Part shown: in pieces, positions 47,569 to 61,097 of the stretch | Layout of the letters: the number at the start of each line of letters is the position of its first letter | How positions within the stretch are numbered: position 1 is the first letter of the stretch | Origin: Tubiluchus corallicola | Taxonomy: Eukaryota; Animalia; Priapulida | Direction: 5' to 3' | Length of the DNA stretch: 64,000 nt | Assembly (NCBI GenBank): GCA_030141605.1 | Contig: JAQGDQ010000001.1 | Span: 1,550,001-1,614,000, forward strand | Notes under the pieces: generated by a model | What the model was told of the DNA's origin: nothing | The model's database searches: none | What the model saw: only the letters and a program-made list of their open reading frames with translations | Program-made: the position numbers and the translations under genes

Positions 47569-47742
47569 TCTTCTTTTTTTGGTAAAATATTATTGTAAAG
47601 TAAAATTTTAAATCTGGTAAAATTAATGAAAATTGTGCGAATCGTTTTTCATAAGGTTTTGAAAAACGATTCGCACAATTTTCATTAATTTTACCAGTTT
47701 TAAAATTTTACTTTTCAATAATATTCTACCAAAAAAAGAAGA
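47569..47742. repeat. Near-perfect inverted repeat (83-bp arms, 8-nt loop)
   Basis: Arms pair with 3 mismatches by eye; loop TAAGGTTT at 47652-47659. Confidence 0.93.
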
Positions 47743-49927
47743 AAGAAAATAAACAATGTTATGACGTGTTTTTTTAAATCTTCTCTACAATAAGAGGAAT
47801 TGTAAATATTTTTTTCAAATAAAGATTTATTATGTTATTATTGTAAGTCTATGTTGTAATTTGGACTGATCATTCCTATCCTAACTGTTGACATGCTTTT
47901 CTTTAAAATTGAATATTGTTGTTTATTCATGACAAATTATTCAATTTTTAATTCGTTAAACAGAATGTAAGAACTCGTAAAACCCAGAATACGGTATGCT
48001 CCGGAGCTGCTGGTAATAACATTATTCTTATTACCAATCAGCTAAATATATTATTACGTGGGCAGCTTACGTATTTATAAACATCTAAACTCTCTGGACT
48101 GGTTCAATTCTGGGAAGTGTGTCAGTGAGACCCAGCAGATGTGGATAAACACGAGGGGAGTTTACCAACAGAGGTTGGAAATAAGAATTTGAATGTCATT
48201 GATGAATGACAAATTTTTTGGAAAATTCTCTCGGGAAATAGCATGACATTGACGTTTGTTTCAACATGTTTACTTTAAATAACTGTTGTAGATTGTGTTT
48301 AAAAACAGTACAACGACTGTTAAGGTTGACTTATTGCAAATGTTCAGATGAAGTTAATTTCACAACGTTAATAACCGTTTCTATGTTGTTCCAGCTTCCA
48401 CCAACTTCTTCGTAACATTGGACGAGCCTTCCCGTCACCCAAGTTTTGTCTTTCGTGTATACTGATGAGACTCTTAACACAAATTTTTACCCATGCAATG
48501 AATGCAGCACACCCTGTATTGTACAAGGCACGGCAGTAAAATAGTGTTTTAATTCCATCTTGACAGTGATATGCCACATCATAAAAATGTAAAAAAATGT
48601 GCACTTATTTGCTATCTAAGGATTATGAGAGGTTTATATCACAACCAGTCCTAGGTTAATTAGTGACTTTTTAATAGTTATGTCCGTTGAAACGAACCAG
48701 TTACAAAATACGAGGCTTGCTCTGCCACTGTAAAAATGTAACGGTTTGTATCGCGAAGACACGAAAAGATTATGACAGCGGTAAGGAAAGCAGTGGTAAA
48801 AAACAGTAACTAGGTAGATGGTGCAAATTAATGAGAAAGAAAGTTGCAGTGAACGAAGGGGTGTTGTTTTTGGTGTTGACAAGCTAGTGTATGAAGTGTT
48901 TAATTACGGCTGTTTCGTCATCTTAAGTGGGGTTTAGGCGCGCGGAAATATCTGTACCCAATTCATGTAGACGTCTTTCGCCTTAGTCGCATACTAATCG
49001 CGACTAGCAAAACTGCTCATTTTCTATAAATTTTGTATAAATAAATGTATGTATTTATTTGTATGTATAAATTTTGAAAAAAAGAAGCGTATCTTCTTGT
49101 TTAGAAGGATTGCATTAAATGCGAAATTAAATCTAGCAATATGAAACTAATAGTCAGTAAAATTATTTCTTTCCATTAATCCATTATCCTGCCAAACAAA
49201 AATGTCGTTCCGTTCGTGTGCTTAACACTGCAGTAAAAATTTTTGAATACGAAATAGACGTTATGAAGCATTTTGCCTGTTTGTATGTAGCTTCTCTTCA
49301 CGGCGCGGTCTTTGCATTGATTAGTGACCACTGATATTGAAATAAGCAAAGGTTCTTTTGACCCAGTGAACTTTACGGTTTTTATCCCATTCCATTGTAG
49401 CTTTTAACCTTCAAGTTGCAGGTTTTGTTTAACTCAATACTACAGTTAAATTATTTCGGAGAGAACAGCTTAATTTGCAGCCTAGCAATGAATGGCTGAA
49501 AAGCTGAAAAGGCAATTAGGGGTCTTTGGGACTAAACGCAAATTATACGTTAACCTGTAGTTTGTTGTCTTTTTAGTTTTGCTTACAGATGAAAATGCAA
49601 TGTGATTATATGTGTTTCTGTTATAAAACCGTTTCATTTGATAATGTGTAATATTAACTCAAACTGATAAATTAATCTAGTTATCAATGGAGCAGACCTA
49701 GTCTACGTCTTGAAAGGAATTAATAATTAGTTTGCTGTTCGGTTATTTATTTATTAAAATAACAGATTTGCTAATTATTAAGCTAAATATTAAGACGCTG
49801 TATGAAATTAATTACCACCGCTTGACATTTTCATTATTGCATTACAAAAGACTGCTTGATGTTTTTCCAAGTTTTCGTACAGGTTTTGTTGAAGCTTTAA
49901 TTTAGAAGTTCGTTTTGTTTATTACAG

Positions 49928-50168
49928 AGACCCTGGACTCTCCATGCAGCATGATGGAGACGTCTTTGAGCTCTCCCATATCCCCGCGTATCAGCTATAA
50001 GCCTGATCCTGGTCTCCTACCCACGTCTACTGGACTAGGAACAGCCACGTCTTTGATGACCCACCGGGGGTTGCCAATCTATCCTCCGACACATCCACTT
50101 GCAAACTCCAAGCATATATGCTCCATATGCGGTGATAAGGCTTCGGGGAAGCATTACGGTGTTTACAG
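49928..50168 (+). CDS. RXR: RXR exon: A/B region and first zinc finger
   Basis: [29 protein letters not shown]. Confidence 0.93.
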
Positions 50169-53100
50169 GTAGGAAAATAATTACTAGAACACGAAATGCG
50201 TTCAAATTCTAATTTGTGGATTTTTTCTCTAATCTGATAATAAAAATTACATGCATGTAAATAATAAACTAAAATGAGTCTACTCAAGTGAGGATCTGCA
50301 AATGCAATCTGCATTCTGCACAGTGCATATAGAAGATCCATTTTATCCACGAAGGTCCCAATACTTGGCAAAGCATGGTAATTGTTGGTGACTGCTTCTC
50401 TTTTTGTATTGTATGTATGTTTGGCACTAATAAATATGAAATATGAAATATAAACATATGAATGAGCTAACAAACTCGCTCTAAGGTGCAAAATGTCCAA
50501 AAGTTAAAAATCTGGCAAGTCGGTTTCATTGTCACTAAATACTTTTATGCAACTTAACATAAAGCATCGCTTTTGTAGAAGAACTATGATAAAAGTAGAA
50601 ATTTAACTAATTCACAAAATTTCAATTTTGAAATGTAGTGACACTACAGACCAACAAACCAATTACTAATAAAACAAATATCATTAAATCTTCCTGTTAG
50701 TTATTTTAGTTATTTAATTGAAAAATTTAATGATTAGTATTTAAAATAAATTGTCATTCATCAGGCCTTATTTTTATTGATATGATCATTACATAGTGTA
50801 TTGTTCAAAACGCTTTTTCAACATAATCAATAAATGCCTTAATGACTTCTAAATCGTTACTTCCCCTCAAGAATAAAAATTTATAACCAGAAATAGTTTT
50901 CTAGTTGATACTGTTTTTTGAAGGTTCGATACGTTTGCAGTTTGTTTTGTCCATCAAGCTTGTTTTCATTATGGATTTCTTCTTTCCAAAATATGGTATA
51001 ATCAGTTTTTATTTTTTTCTCCTAATTTATTAAGTAATCGCTTAGGTGAAAACGTTGTCTGGTTATTCCAAACATGTTCAAAGCTTTATTTACACAATAC
51101 ATACTTAACGAAAATAGTCCAACAAAAATAGTTCCCAGCTAACGTTCGGTTTTTATTATACATACCTATCATAAGGTTGCCTAATAACATGTATCCAATA
51201 GTGGATTGTATCCTTAATTATTTCAATAAAAATGGGGGGGACGTCACATATTTTCTCGATTTGTTATTTACAATTTCACATTCAAAAGAAATTTGCGTAA
51301 TTTAATATTGGCCTCTTCGCGAGGCACACTGTCAAATATAGTTTGAATATGCGGAATTAGTTTTAATTTTAATAATGCTAGGTCCCCATACATGGGAGCC
51401 ATATAGCATGATAGATTCTACAGTATGTTCAAATAATTTGTTCATAGTAAATCAATTATATGTGTTTTTGGTTTTTGATAGCGCTGTGTAGACTGATCGA
51501 CTGGTTGGTTAAAATTAGGTGAATTATTGAAGCCCACTGCAAAGCTCTACACTTACACAGAATTAATGTCACCAGGGTCTTTCTGACAGTGTTGGCAAAT
51601 CAACTGGTGTGCAGTTAAATCTGCTGCCTTATTTAATTGCACTAGCTAGCGGTCACCTTGAAATTTTATTGCCTAATCAATTATTTAACTGCTCTTTTGA
51701 CAATTTTATTTTGACTCAAAAATCAATAGACTTAAGCATCGTTCCATTCGATTTATATGGTAAACTAGCTGGCTTCAACCTCTAGGGTCACGCAGAGTAC
51801 ACGCATGAATTTCCCATGGATTTATATCGGTTGTATCAAAGCGTTGGCGTATCAGTGGTTAATTCCATACACTGACCGTGCAGCTTCCTGCTACGATGCT
51901 TGCTGAGAAAATATGATGATTATGTCTTAAGCTTTTCACACAGAAAACAGCGACATGTTCTTCCCTTTCTCTCACTTAAACGTCGGTTGAAGAGTTTATG
52001 AATTAGGAACGACCCCTGTGCGACTCCATACTTTGATTACTTTTTGTGAAAAGACAGCAGTTTATCGACTTGCTACTCGACAAATTGCTGAAATATTGTG
52101 AAATAAAAGGTGACTGCCTGCAGATGAGATCAACTTCGCGAGGACAAAGGAGCTGTAAAACGCCTCAGTCAGTCTTGAATGTACCTGATGACAGTTCTGT
52201 GTTGCATTGGCTGTTTTTAAATTGTGGCTGCTAACTTGAGATCATATCACTAAGTCTTTAATGTACTTGATATTGTCATGTGTTATGAAGATTACAATTG
52301 TAAATTATAAATGCAAATTTCACTCAGTATCTATTAGTTTTCCAGTGTCCATGATGATTGTATGTGTGTATCGGTCAAACTAATTAAGTGATATTGCCTA
52401 TGCTTTTATTCAAGGTTTTAACAACCGTCCAATTTATTAGCAATTTCATTAACCTTTTTTATATGTGTTCCATATAGATAAATTATTTGACATTATCACC
52501 AATGATTTTGCTACTGTTTCAGTTGTGAAGGTTGCAAAGGTTTCTTCAAACGAACCGTTCGTAAGGACCTCAAATATTCATGCAGGGAGGACCGAAATTG
52601 TATCATCGATAAACGACAGCGTAATCGCTGTCAGTACTGTCGGTATCAAAAGTGCTTAAACTGTGGAATGAAGAGAGAAGGTAACTTACACTCACTTTTT
52701 ATAATTCGTCTACTTATTTAGTTATATTTTCGTAGTATCTGAAACGCTAAATGATAGTCACTAAATGACAGTCTGTGCAGTTCGAAACTCTAAAAAGTTA
52801 GTGCTTAAAGAAGAAAAGGCAGTTTTAAGGTGGTATGTCCCAAAAAACTTTTCACACAAAGTTATATTACTTAGCCTAACGCTTACTTGCTTGGAAGACT
52901 TATGTAACTAGAAAAGACAATTCTTAGCAATTTAAAATGTTTGCGCCAACTGGTAAAATGTCACTGACTCACCGTTCCAGTGTGCACCATTGCTCTCCAA
53001 AAATGCATTTTTAATCTTATTGACAAGGACAGTAATTTATATTTTTGCTTAATTACTTTACGAATGCTCTGATTATTTTTCCAAACTGTACATAATGTTA

Positions 53101-56100
53101 CCAAATGACTTGCCATTAAAATGATTGCGCCTAACGGTCATTGCGAGAGTTTAATTTTTCAAGTTTTATATGACGTTACTGTTAACACAAGCCCTGTATG
53201 CAATAAGACAACATGTAAATGATTTTAAATTTCGAGACAAACTTTTCTAGCTTTATGTAAAAGACTTTCTTGTGCAAAATGTGTTTAAGAAGCCCTTCGA
53301 TCTTGCATTATTGAAATTGACTAAGCACAGCATCAAATTGATAATTCAGTGTGGTAGTAAAATACAATAGGAAGTCTGTAATTTTAGTTATTATATGTTA
53401 CACACCCAAGCTATGCTGAAATACTAATAACTGCATGTTTAAAATTTAAGACTCTTATAATTGCTAATGAGTGTATTTCGTAGTTTTTTATTGCTCTTTT
53501 TTGTGTTTTACACTTGTGGCAAGCTGTAATGTTTTTCAGTATTTAGAAGCAGTGCCCAAAACGGTGGAACCTCTTAGGCTTAATTAAACAGACATGTAAT
53601 ACAGTTTTCGTTATCAGATGTTTCTATTTTTAGCACATGAATGGAAAAAAATGTTTTGCAAAATGTTTAGAAAACGCACGGTGGCATTAGCACGTAACAG
53701 GTTCTCACTGGCTGTACAAAATGGCAGCCAATGCCAAATTTTTGCGTTTCTTGTCGCTCGCAATTTTTGCTTAAGCAGTGAAAATTGAGTAGTTGCGCAG
53801 GAAGCCCTCCAGGTTCACTGAACTGAGAAGCCATCGCTGCTGTGACCTTTAAAAGCTGACGACTTGCAAGTTTTGCAATCAATTTTGTTCCGAGTCAAAA
53901 GCAGAAGTAAAATAATTATTGTTGTTGTTATTATTGTTATTGTTATTAAAATTATTATTATTCTTTTATTTCAGACATTAAAAGTCCACAAAACAAAAGT
54001 AAAAGTAAGGCACAAGTAAAAACACATTGCGTTAATTTACAGAAAACATAGTAACCTCATTTACAAGAAAATCTTAATTATAATGGGCATATAAGATTCT
54101 TTGTCAAAGAAAAACGAAAAAAGACAAAAGAAGTGTTTATTAAAGTAGTTGTCTCTTTTCTGGTTATTTAGCTGTGCAAGAAGAACGACAGAGAGTAAAA
54201 GAGAAAAATGAGAATGAAGTGGAAAGCACGACTAACCCAAACATAGACATGCCTGTTGAACAGATACTGGAGGCAGAACTTAGGGTGTCACCAGATCAAG
54301 AATCATATGTAGATGTACAGGTTAGTTTTCAACAGTGTTTAAAGGCATATATAAATCCAACAGACATCGAATATTTTTACACTAAAGAAACTTACAAATT
54401 AAAAAACTTACCTTTTACTGGTGAATTTCGAGCACGTGTATTGCCGTAAAGATCCCCATGTTTCACATCTTTGGCATGAGTGAGCAAGAGTACCTAGTGC
54501 AGAAAGCGTCTTTGGTTACCGATGTTTGCTTACCTTGTCACTGCATTCATTACGTCATTCGTCTCTTGCAACGAAAAATGGCGGTTCAAATTTAATACCG
54601 CTAACAACAAAGTAAGTTTTTGATAAAATAAATTGAATAATCATAATGAGAATAGGATTTTATGTTGTAAAAGCTTGTATTATAGTGAGGGTTTAATTTG
54701 ACTTTAACAACTTTCATGTCTGACCACAGTGTCAGTGTTTGGTATACAACACACAATATACAAATGAAATACATGAACGATTGCTATTCACATGAATGAA
54801 ACGAACAAAATTTTGAAAAACTAACTATATTGTACGGACACCACCAGCAACAAAAACTTATAAGTGTATGAAATAGTTGATAGTAAATAAAATTAGAATG
54901 TTTTCTGCCAACACCACCGAATGTAAGAATGTTCATAGAAAGAAGTGTCCACCTAAGCCATAACATTCAGCACCTATTTTTACCTGGCAAGGAAGATTTT
55001 AATTTCCCTCACCAAAGTAGATAAAGCAGATGCTTCACAAAAGTATATGATAATACATGTAGATGCTGCAAAAGCAGATGTAGGGTAAAAGTAGATGAGA
55101 AAAACGTAAATGTTCCAAACACTGAGTTTGACACGTTTATCTTTCGTTAACTGTTTTTTTTTTCATGTTCATGTGGTTTCAAGTTTAATGTTCATGTGGT
55201 TAGGAAACTGGTAAGCTGCTGTGCAAGTTTTCCTCGCTTTTGGAATTTCTTAGTTCTTGAAAAAATTTTCACTAGGCTTTTCACTAGTTGTAGTTGCTAA
55301 ATTTGTCCCTACTCCTTTTTTGAAAATCTGGGAAGTGAACTGAATTATTGTGAATTGAACTAAATAATTTGTTTTTCTTTAAAAATTATGACAATTTATG
55401 AAACAAACTTGTGAAACGGAGAAGGAACAGCGAAGTGGCCATAATATGACCAGCTGTAAACTTTGCTAATATGCTTTGACGTTTATGCTAGCAAAAGATT
55501 AATATTTATGTAGTAAAACAGCTTCTTAACTATTATTTGTTTCTGCATGTAGTAAGCCATATTTTTCAGCAAAAGATCTAACATACATAAAATAGTAATG
55601 GTTAAAATGGCCTTGGAAAGGAGAGGGGAATTTAATGGCATGTACAATGGCGGTAGTCTGGTTAACCATGATTGAGTTTACACAAATTTTTTACGTTCTT
55701 GTGCAAATTATATTCCAGTTGAACTGGTTTTGTAATTTGCCATAGGGCCGCTGTTAAAACTGATGTGCTGTTGTCGGGTTATTTATGACCTTCAGATTAG
55801 AGCAGAGCTATAGGATACTTATACCTTTTTTACGTGCATCACTTTTTCCAGTTTTTTAGATTGAGTCATTAGAAATTGTGAATACGTATTGACTGTTTCC
55901 TTAGTCCATGAACGCTGTGCGTATAACAAAACTGATGATTAAGCCATTTTTGTTTGCGGTCTGTGCAAATTGGTAGTAATTATTCTTAAGCCATGTCTCT
56001 AAATGTAAAAATTTTGCACGACAGTGATCAAGACAATTTAATAATCACAGTAGTGGCCTTAGCTTATCATCACATTGGGCGGAAAAATTCAAAAGAAAGC

Positions 56101-59100
56101 ACAGGTTTGGACGCATAATATTTTGCGCCTAACTGCAGGGAAGAGAAAAATACGGCTTATCACCACTTAGTGATACCTATCTTGCCTGGTCAAAAAGCCA
56201 GTCAACAAAAATGGTCACCAGAAATTTGAAAACTCGCTAAATCACCTAGGCAATGGCAGTTTCATTCTGCATATTGCTGCGTTATGCGTATTTGGACAAT
56301 AGTGAATACGCATCACGCATCATGCATTGCGGATTACGCTTGAAAACATTTAAACGTATTTAATACAAACTATCATATACGCATTACACATCATGGATCC
56401 ATGTGTCACGCATTATGTTCACACATTACATGGAATCCTACCTTTACGTGTCACGTATGTTAGAATTGTATGCAATGTTTCCTTTCTTATGCTGGGTCAT
56501 TACACCACAGGGCTGCCAAATAGAAAAGCTTTAGCGTAAAGAAACTTAAAAACAAATCTCCCCATGAAGATTCATCAAAATTGTTTTAGTTTTTTTGTTT
56601 GAGCAATTTTTTAGAGTTCTTCTTATAGTAGACACTCTCTTGAGTGAACGATTATTAAAATCGGAAGGCTAACTTACCGGAAAAGAAGGAAATGTGAAAA
56701 AGTTGGGAAGTTGATAAATCAGAAGTTTTAATGTATAGTGAAATACTAAAGCTTATGAAGGTCACTATAAATAAGTGTTTTTGACATGCATATTTTATCC
56801 CGTTTTATAGTAACAAAGAATGAATAAGTTTTTAACTATGAATTTTTTTCAGAAGGATCCCGTGACAAATATTTGTCAGGCAGCAGACAAGCAGTTACTA
56901 ACACTGGTAGAGTGGGCCAAGCATATACCTCACTTTCAGAACCTGCCTATTGATGATCAAGTTATATTATTACGAGCTGGTAAGCTAGCTAGATGAATAA
57001 TTTTTAAGAAATATATGAAAGAGCCAACCCTGGGAATTTTCATGTTATTTATTAGCGCAGACGATCGTTTTCGACAGCAACTGTGATTTTCAATGCTATA
57101 AATCAAGCCAAAACAAATAATTAGTACAATTATGACAAAAATTATGTCATAATTCTACTAGTAATTTGTTTTGGCTTGATTTATAGCATTGAAAATGACA
57201 GTTGCCTTTAGGATGTAGCCCAGAGCAGGAGCATGGAGATTTGTAAACAGTAATGTAATTTTAGTATGGCCTTATTTTTTGTCTTGATATATCAAAGAAT
57301 ATGAAAAGTGATTTGTTAAGAACAGATTACCTAAAGGTTTAGCCTTGCCATTGCTTTGCACTGTCCTTTGCAGATCAGTGGGTCAAGAGTTTTGACCATT
57401 AATTTATTCGGTCTAATGAGAATTTTAACTACTGCAGTGCAACATTACTAGAATTGCTATATGCATAGTTCGCGTCCTTTTAGTGACTGGTTTTGATTTT
57501 ATGTTGTCCCTTGAGTCTGGTGACTTCTACAATAAACTTGGTAGAAAAGCAGATAGACCACACTTTTATTGGCAGTGGAAGGTGTTGTACCCTTAGTAGT
57601 GACATTTTTGTGGCTGACTGTGCCATTGACACTATGACTGTAAAGCTCTAGGGGATTGAAAAGTATTGCATGAACAGGCTCAGTAATCAGAGAAAAAAGA
57701 TTGTGTAATGTCAAGTGAGACAGTGAACTGCCTCAGAACTGCTGTTATTTATTTTTAGAGATGAAAAGTCAAAGCACCAATTAATTCTGATAGTTCTCTG
57801 TTGTGGATTTCTCATACAGTGATTTATTTGTTTATTTTGTGTACATAGGTTGGAATGAATTGTTAATAGCAGCCTTTTCACATCGTTCCATTGCCGTACG
57901 CGATGGCATTCTATTGTCAACTGGTTTACATGTTCATCGGAGTAGTGCACATGGTGCCGGTGTCGGGCAGATTTTTGATCGAGTATTGACCGAGCTCGTA
58001 GCAAAGATGCGCGAGATGAAAATGGATAAGACAGAGCTGGGATGTCTGCGTGCAATCATCTTGTTCAATCCTGGTTAGTATAATATGTTTTAAAAGTAAA
58101 AATTCAAATTATTTTGTCAGTTGTCCACCTGATTAGAAGAAAAAAGCAGCCGAAAATATGACCATGAAATTTTATTAGTTTGAACATGAAAGTTTTGATG
58201 GTAGGTTCCTGTATTTGCTTGCACAAGTCTTTAGTTCTGCAGGCTGTGGACAACAAATAAGCTTAGTTTCTTTACTTTAAAATTGAGGGAATTCATGATT
58301 GTATTGCAATTGGATGGTTTTAGTGCACTATTTGTTTTTTTTGCTTCACATCCATTTCCATTACTTTGACAATTATTTTTGGTTGGGTCAGGTAAAAATA
58401 AGTGAATTGGAGGTAGTTTGTCAATCTTGTCTTTGGAAATATCATTTCTTTGCCGTTTGACTAGCTTTAGGTTATTCCATACTAGTGAGGGGCGATTTTG
58501 AAATTTTGCAATTCAATTATGATCTTGTTCTTCTAATTCGATGTCACGATTAATCTTTTGCAAGGATTTTTAGTGTTTTAGATGCATTGGTCAATGATTG
58601 CAGTGAGATATAACCTATAACTTCTTCACAGCTTCATCGTTGCCTGCTATTTAAATACTCGGAAACTATTTTTATAGGCACATACCTGCTTTTTCATTAA
58701 CGGACATCACTACACACGTCACAAGTAAACGAATTTTGAGCCCACAGTTTGCAACACTGTGGTTCACAATTGTCTGCATTCTGGAAGATGAGAAAAATGA
58801 AGAAAAAACACAAAGATGTATTCTCGATTAATTCGATCAATCTATTAATCGCCTATCACTATTCCATGCAACTGTTTGCTATAATCTATCTCTACTGAAC
58901 TGCATAGCCAAATTGGATTCCCAATTTTGGGTTCAGGTTAGGTACTTCGTTAGCACTAATTAAACATGTTGGCCTGCCTACTGGACTTCATACAAAATCT
59001 TACTGTATTTCAAGCTGTGTGTTCTTAAATGTTTCAGTAACAAATTGATAGCAGAAAGTGCAGAGCCACATTTCTTTAAGTGTTGTTTCAGTTGTGACAC

Positions 59101-61097
59101 TCTTTGATATACATGTATTCAGGTTAACTTACTGTATTTTATTGACAGTACTTGTGCAAAACACGTATGTACAAGATAAACATATACCGATACAAATAAA
59201 TTCTGCCTGATATTGCATATTTTCCAAATTGCAGGACTTGGGTTGCAGTTAGGTCAGCATAGTAGCTCATTTTGTAACTTCTTAATTTTTATTATTCTCT
59301 CGTTAATTTTTACACCGTGTTTATGTATACACAACATCATTATGTTGAAGAGCTTATTCAACATAAATTTTCCTTGTCAAGTTTTCTGTGTTGTTCGACT
59401 AGGGAGCAGAGAATGAGTGCTGTCTAGTGTCTACTGATGTATTAATTTAGTGATCATGGCTGGTAACGTGGAACTATTTGTAAAAAAATCTTACCCTTGA
59501 AAATTATTCCTACCTTTAAATATTTGTGCAAGGCCCTTTAAGTATATATGCATTTAATTTGATTGAGTTACAACTACCGATGTGCACTAGTAAGCTGCTG
59601 CGCTTGAACTGACGTGCTTTCCGTACTGCCAATGTTGATCGTGATTTTCTGTTACTGGTAAAGAAATGACTCAAATAAGGAATTGATGTTTTACAAAAAA
59701 GACAGGAATTTGAGAGGAAATAGGGGATGAAAGAAGCAGAAGGGACAAAAGCCTAGGGTAGCATTTTGTAATTATTTATTAAGACAATTAAATGCTCAAC
59801 TATATTAACCTAGTATGTAATAATAATCCTGCACTAGCACTGTACTAGTATTACCTTGTAGTTGGAAGGTACCAGAGATAGCCCTCCAGTTAGTTCATGT
59901 GACTATTAAAGATAAGCTTTGTCGGGTACATTCGAATATTGACAAGTTTTCCATGTACCCGCAACCACTTAATGTGGTTCAAAAGTTAGCACTCTAGCTT
60001 TTTGATAAGTGAAGCATGTGAGGAAACACATGTCACGAAGTCATGTTGTCACGAAGACCTTGTTGAGGAAAACTAGCTCCAGCTTTTAATGTACCAACTG
60101 AAGCTTGTTAAGTTTTCTGGCCGGGACATTTTCCACTTTGTGAGGTAAATGATAAATGTCATGAATTCTCTTAAAGTCTGTTTTCATATCTTGTTTTCTA
60201 GTCCTTTTAGGGTTTTTTGTGCATTGTTGTTGTGTTTGAAGTCTGATAAAGAAAAGTGATGTTACTTTCCAATCAAACTGAGGCTGTGGTGTGGACACCC
60301 TGTTTTTTAATAACTTAGATTAATGTGAACAAGCAATTACAAAATACAGTAGTATTTATCATTACGAAGCTGCAGCTGTGTCTACAAAGTTCGAAATTTT
60401 TTTCACAGCTACAAATCTGATACTCTAAGAAATTGACATACATATTGACAGATATTAAGATATTGACAGATAACTGCATAATGAGCAATGAATGGTAAAA
60501 GTAATAACACCATTTGAAGTTTCCAGGTTTGTTACCTATAAAAATTATAGATTTTTGTAAATTTTTCAGCTTTAACTTTAAAACTAATTATTTCAATTTG
60601 CACTTGATGTTACACACCCACAATTAACTAAATTTTGAAACTACAATATAAACAGGATTGTGTTACACTTTCACATTTCCCATTTTCATTTTGGTTTCAA
60701 AACTTAATTAATTGTGGTTTATAACATCATTCATGTTAATTTTGATATTAAGATTATAAATATAACCAGTACAGCTTGTGTTACAAGTGCCATGGACAGG
60801 TATTGTAGTTTGCAAAATTGTTCTGTTCTAGATGCTAAAGGCCTGAAGAGTGTTAAACAAGTGGAGAAATTGAGAGAGATGGTTTATGCCTCAATGGAGG
60901 ATTATACGCATCAGAAATACCCAGACGAACCTGGTCGTTTTGCCAAGCTTCTGCTGCGACTGCCTGCCCTGCGGAGTATCGGACTCAAATGCTTAGAGCA
61001 CCTGTTCTTATTTAAGCTCATAGGCGATACTCCAATTGAAGCGTTCCTAATGGAGATGCTTGAGGCACCGCCACCGAATGAGAGCACTGCTGAATAA
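49928..61097 (+). CDS. RXR: Retinoid X receptor / ultraspiracle (NR2B), span of six secure exons; 418 aa if the candidate exons at 32357 and 38534 are included
   Basis: P-box CEGCKG, T-box [67 protein letters not shown]-2 FLMEMLE; all junctions in frame. Confidence 0.97.
52523..52680 (+). CDS. RXR: RXR exon: DNA-binding domain
   Basis: [52 protein letters not shown]. Confidence 0.97.
54172..54320 (+). CDS. RXR: RXR exon: T-box, hinge and helix 1
   Basis: [19 protein letters not shown]...[14 protein letters not shown]. Confidence 0.96.
56853..56979 (+). CDS. RXR: RXR exon: LBD helices 3-4
   Basis: [42 protein letters not shown]. Confidence 0.96.
57077..57205. repeat. Inverted repeat (about 60-bp arms, short loop) in an RXR intron
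   Basis: GCAACTGT.ATTTTCAATGCTATAAATCAAGCCAAAACAAAT... pairs with its reverse complement with few mismatches. Confidence 0.9.
57849..58073 (+). CDS. RXR: RXR exon: LBD helices 5-8
   Basis: [74 protein letters not shown]. Confidence 0.97.
60832..61097 (+). CDS. RXR: RXR last coding exon: LBD helices 9-12
   Basis: [22 protein letters not shown]...[54 protein letters not shown]. Confidence 0.97.

Noticed and set aside
52681-54171. T-box insertion isoform of RXR as known from crustaceans and molluscs
   Set aside because: No in-frame alternative donor or acceptor found next to the exon borders.
56280-56460. Repeated CACGCAT/CATTAC-like units
   Set aside because: Degenerate minisatellite without a regular repeat-spacer structure; not CRISPR-like.
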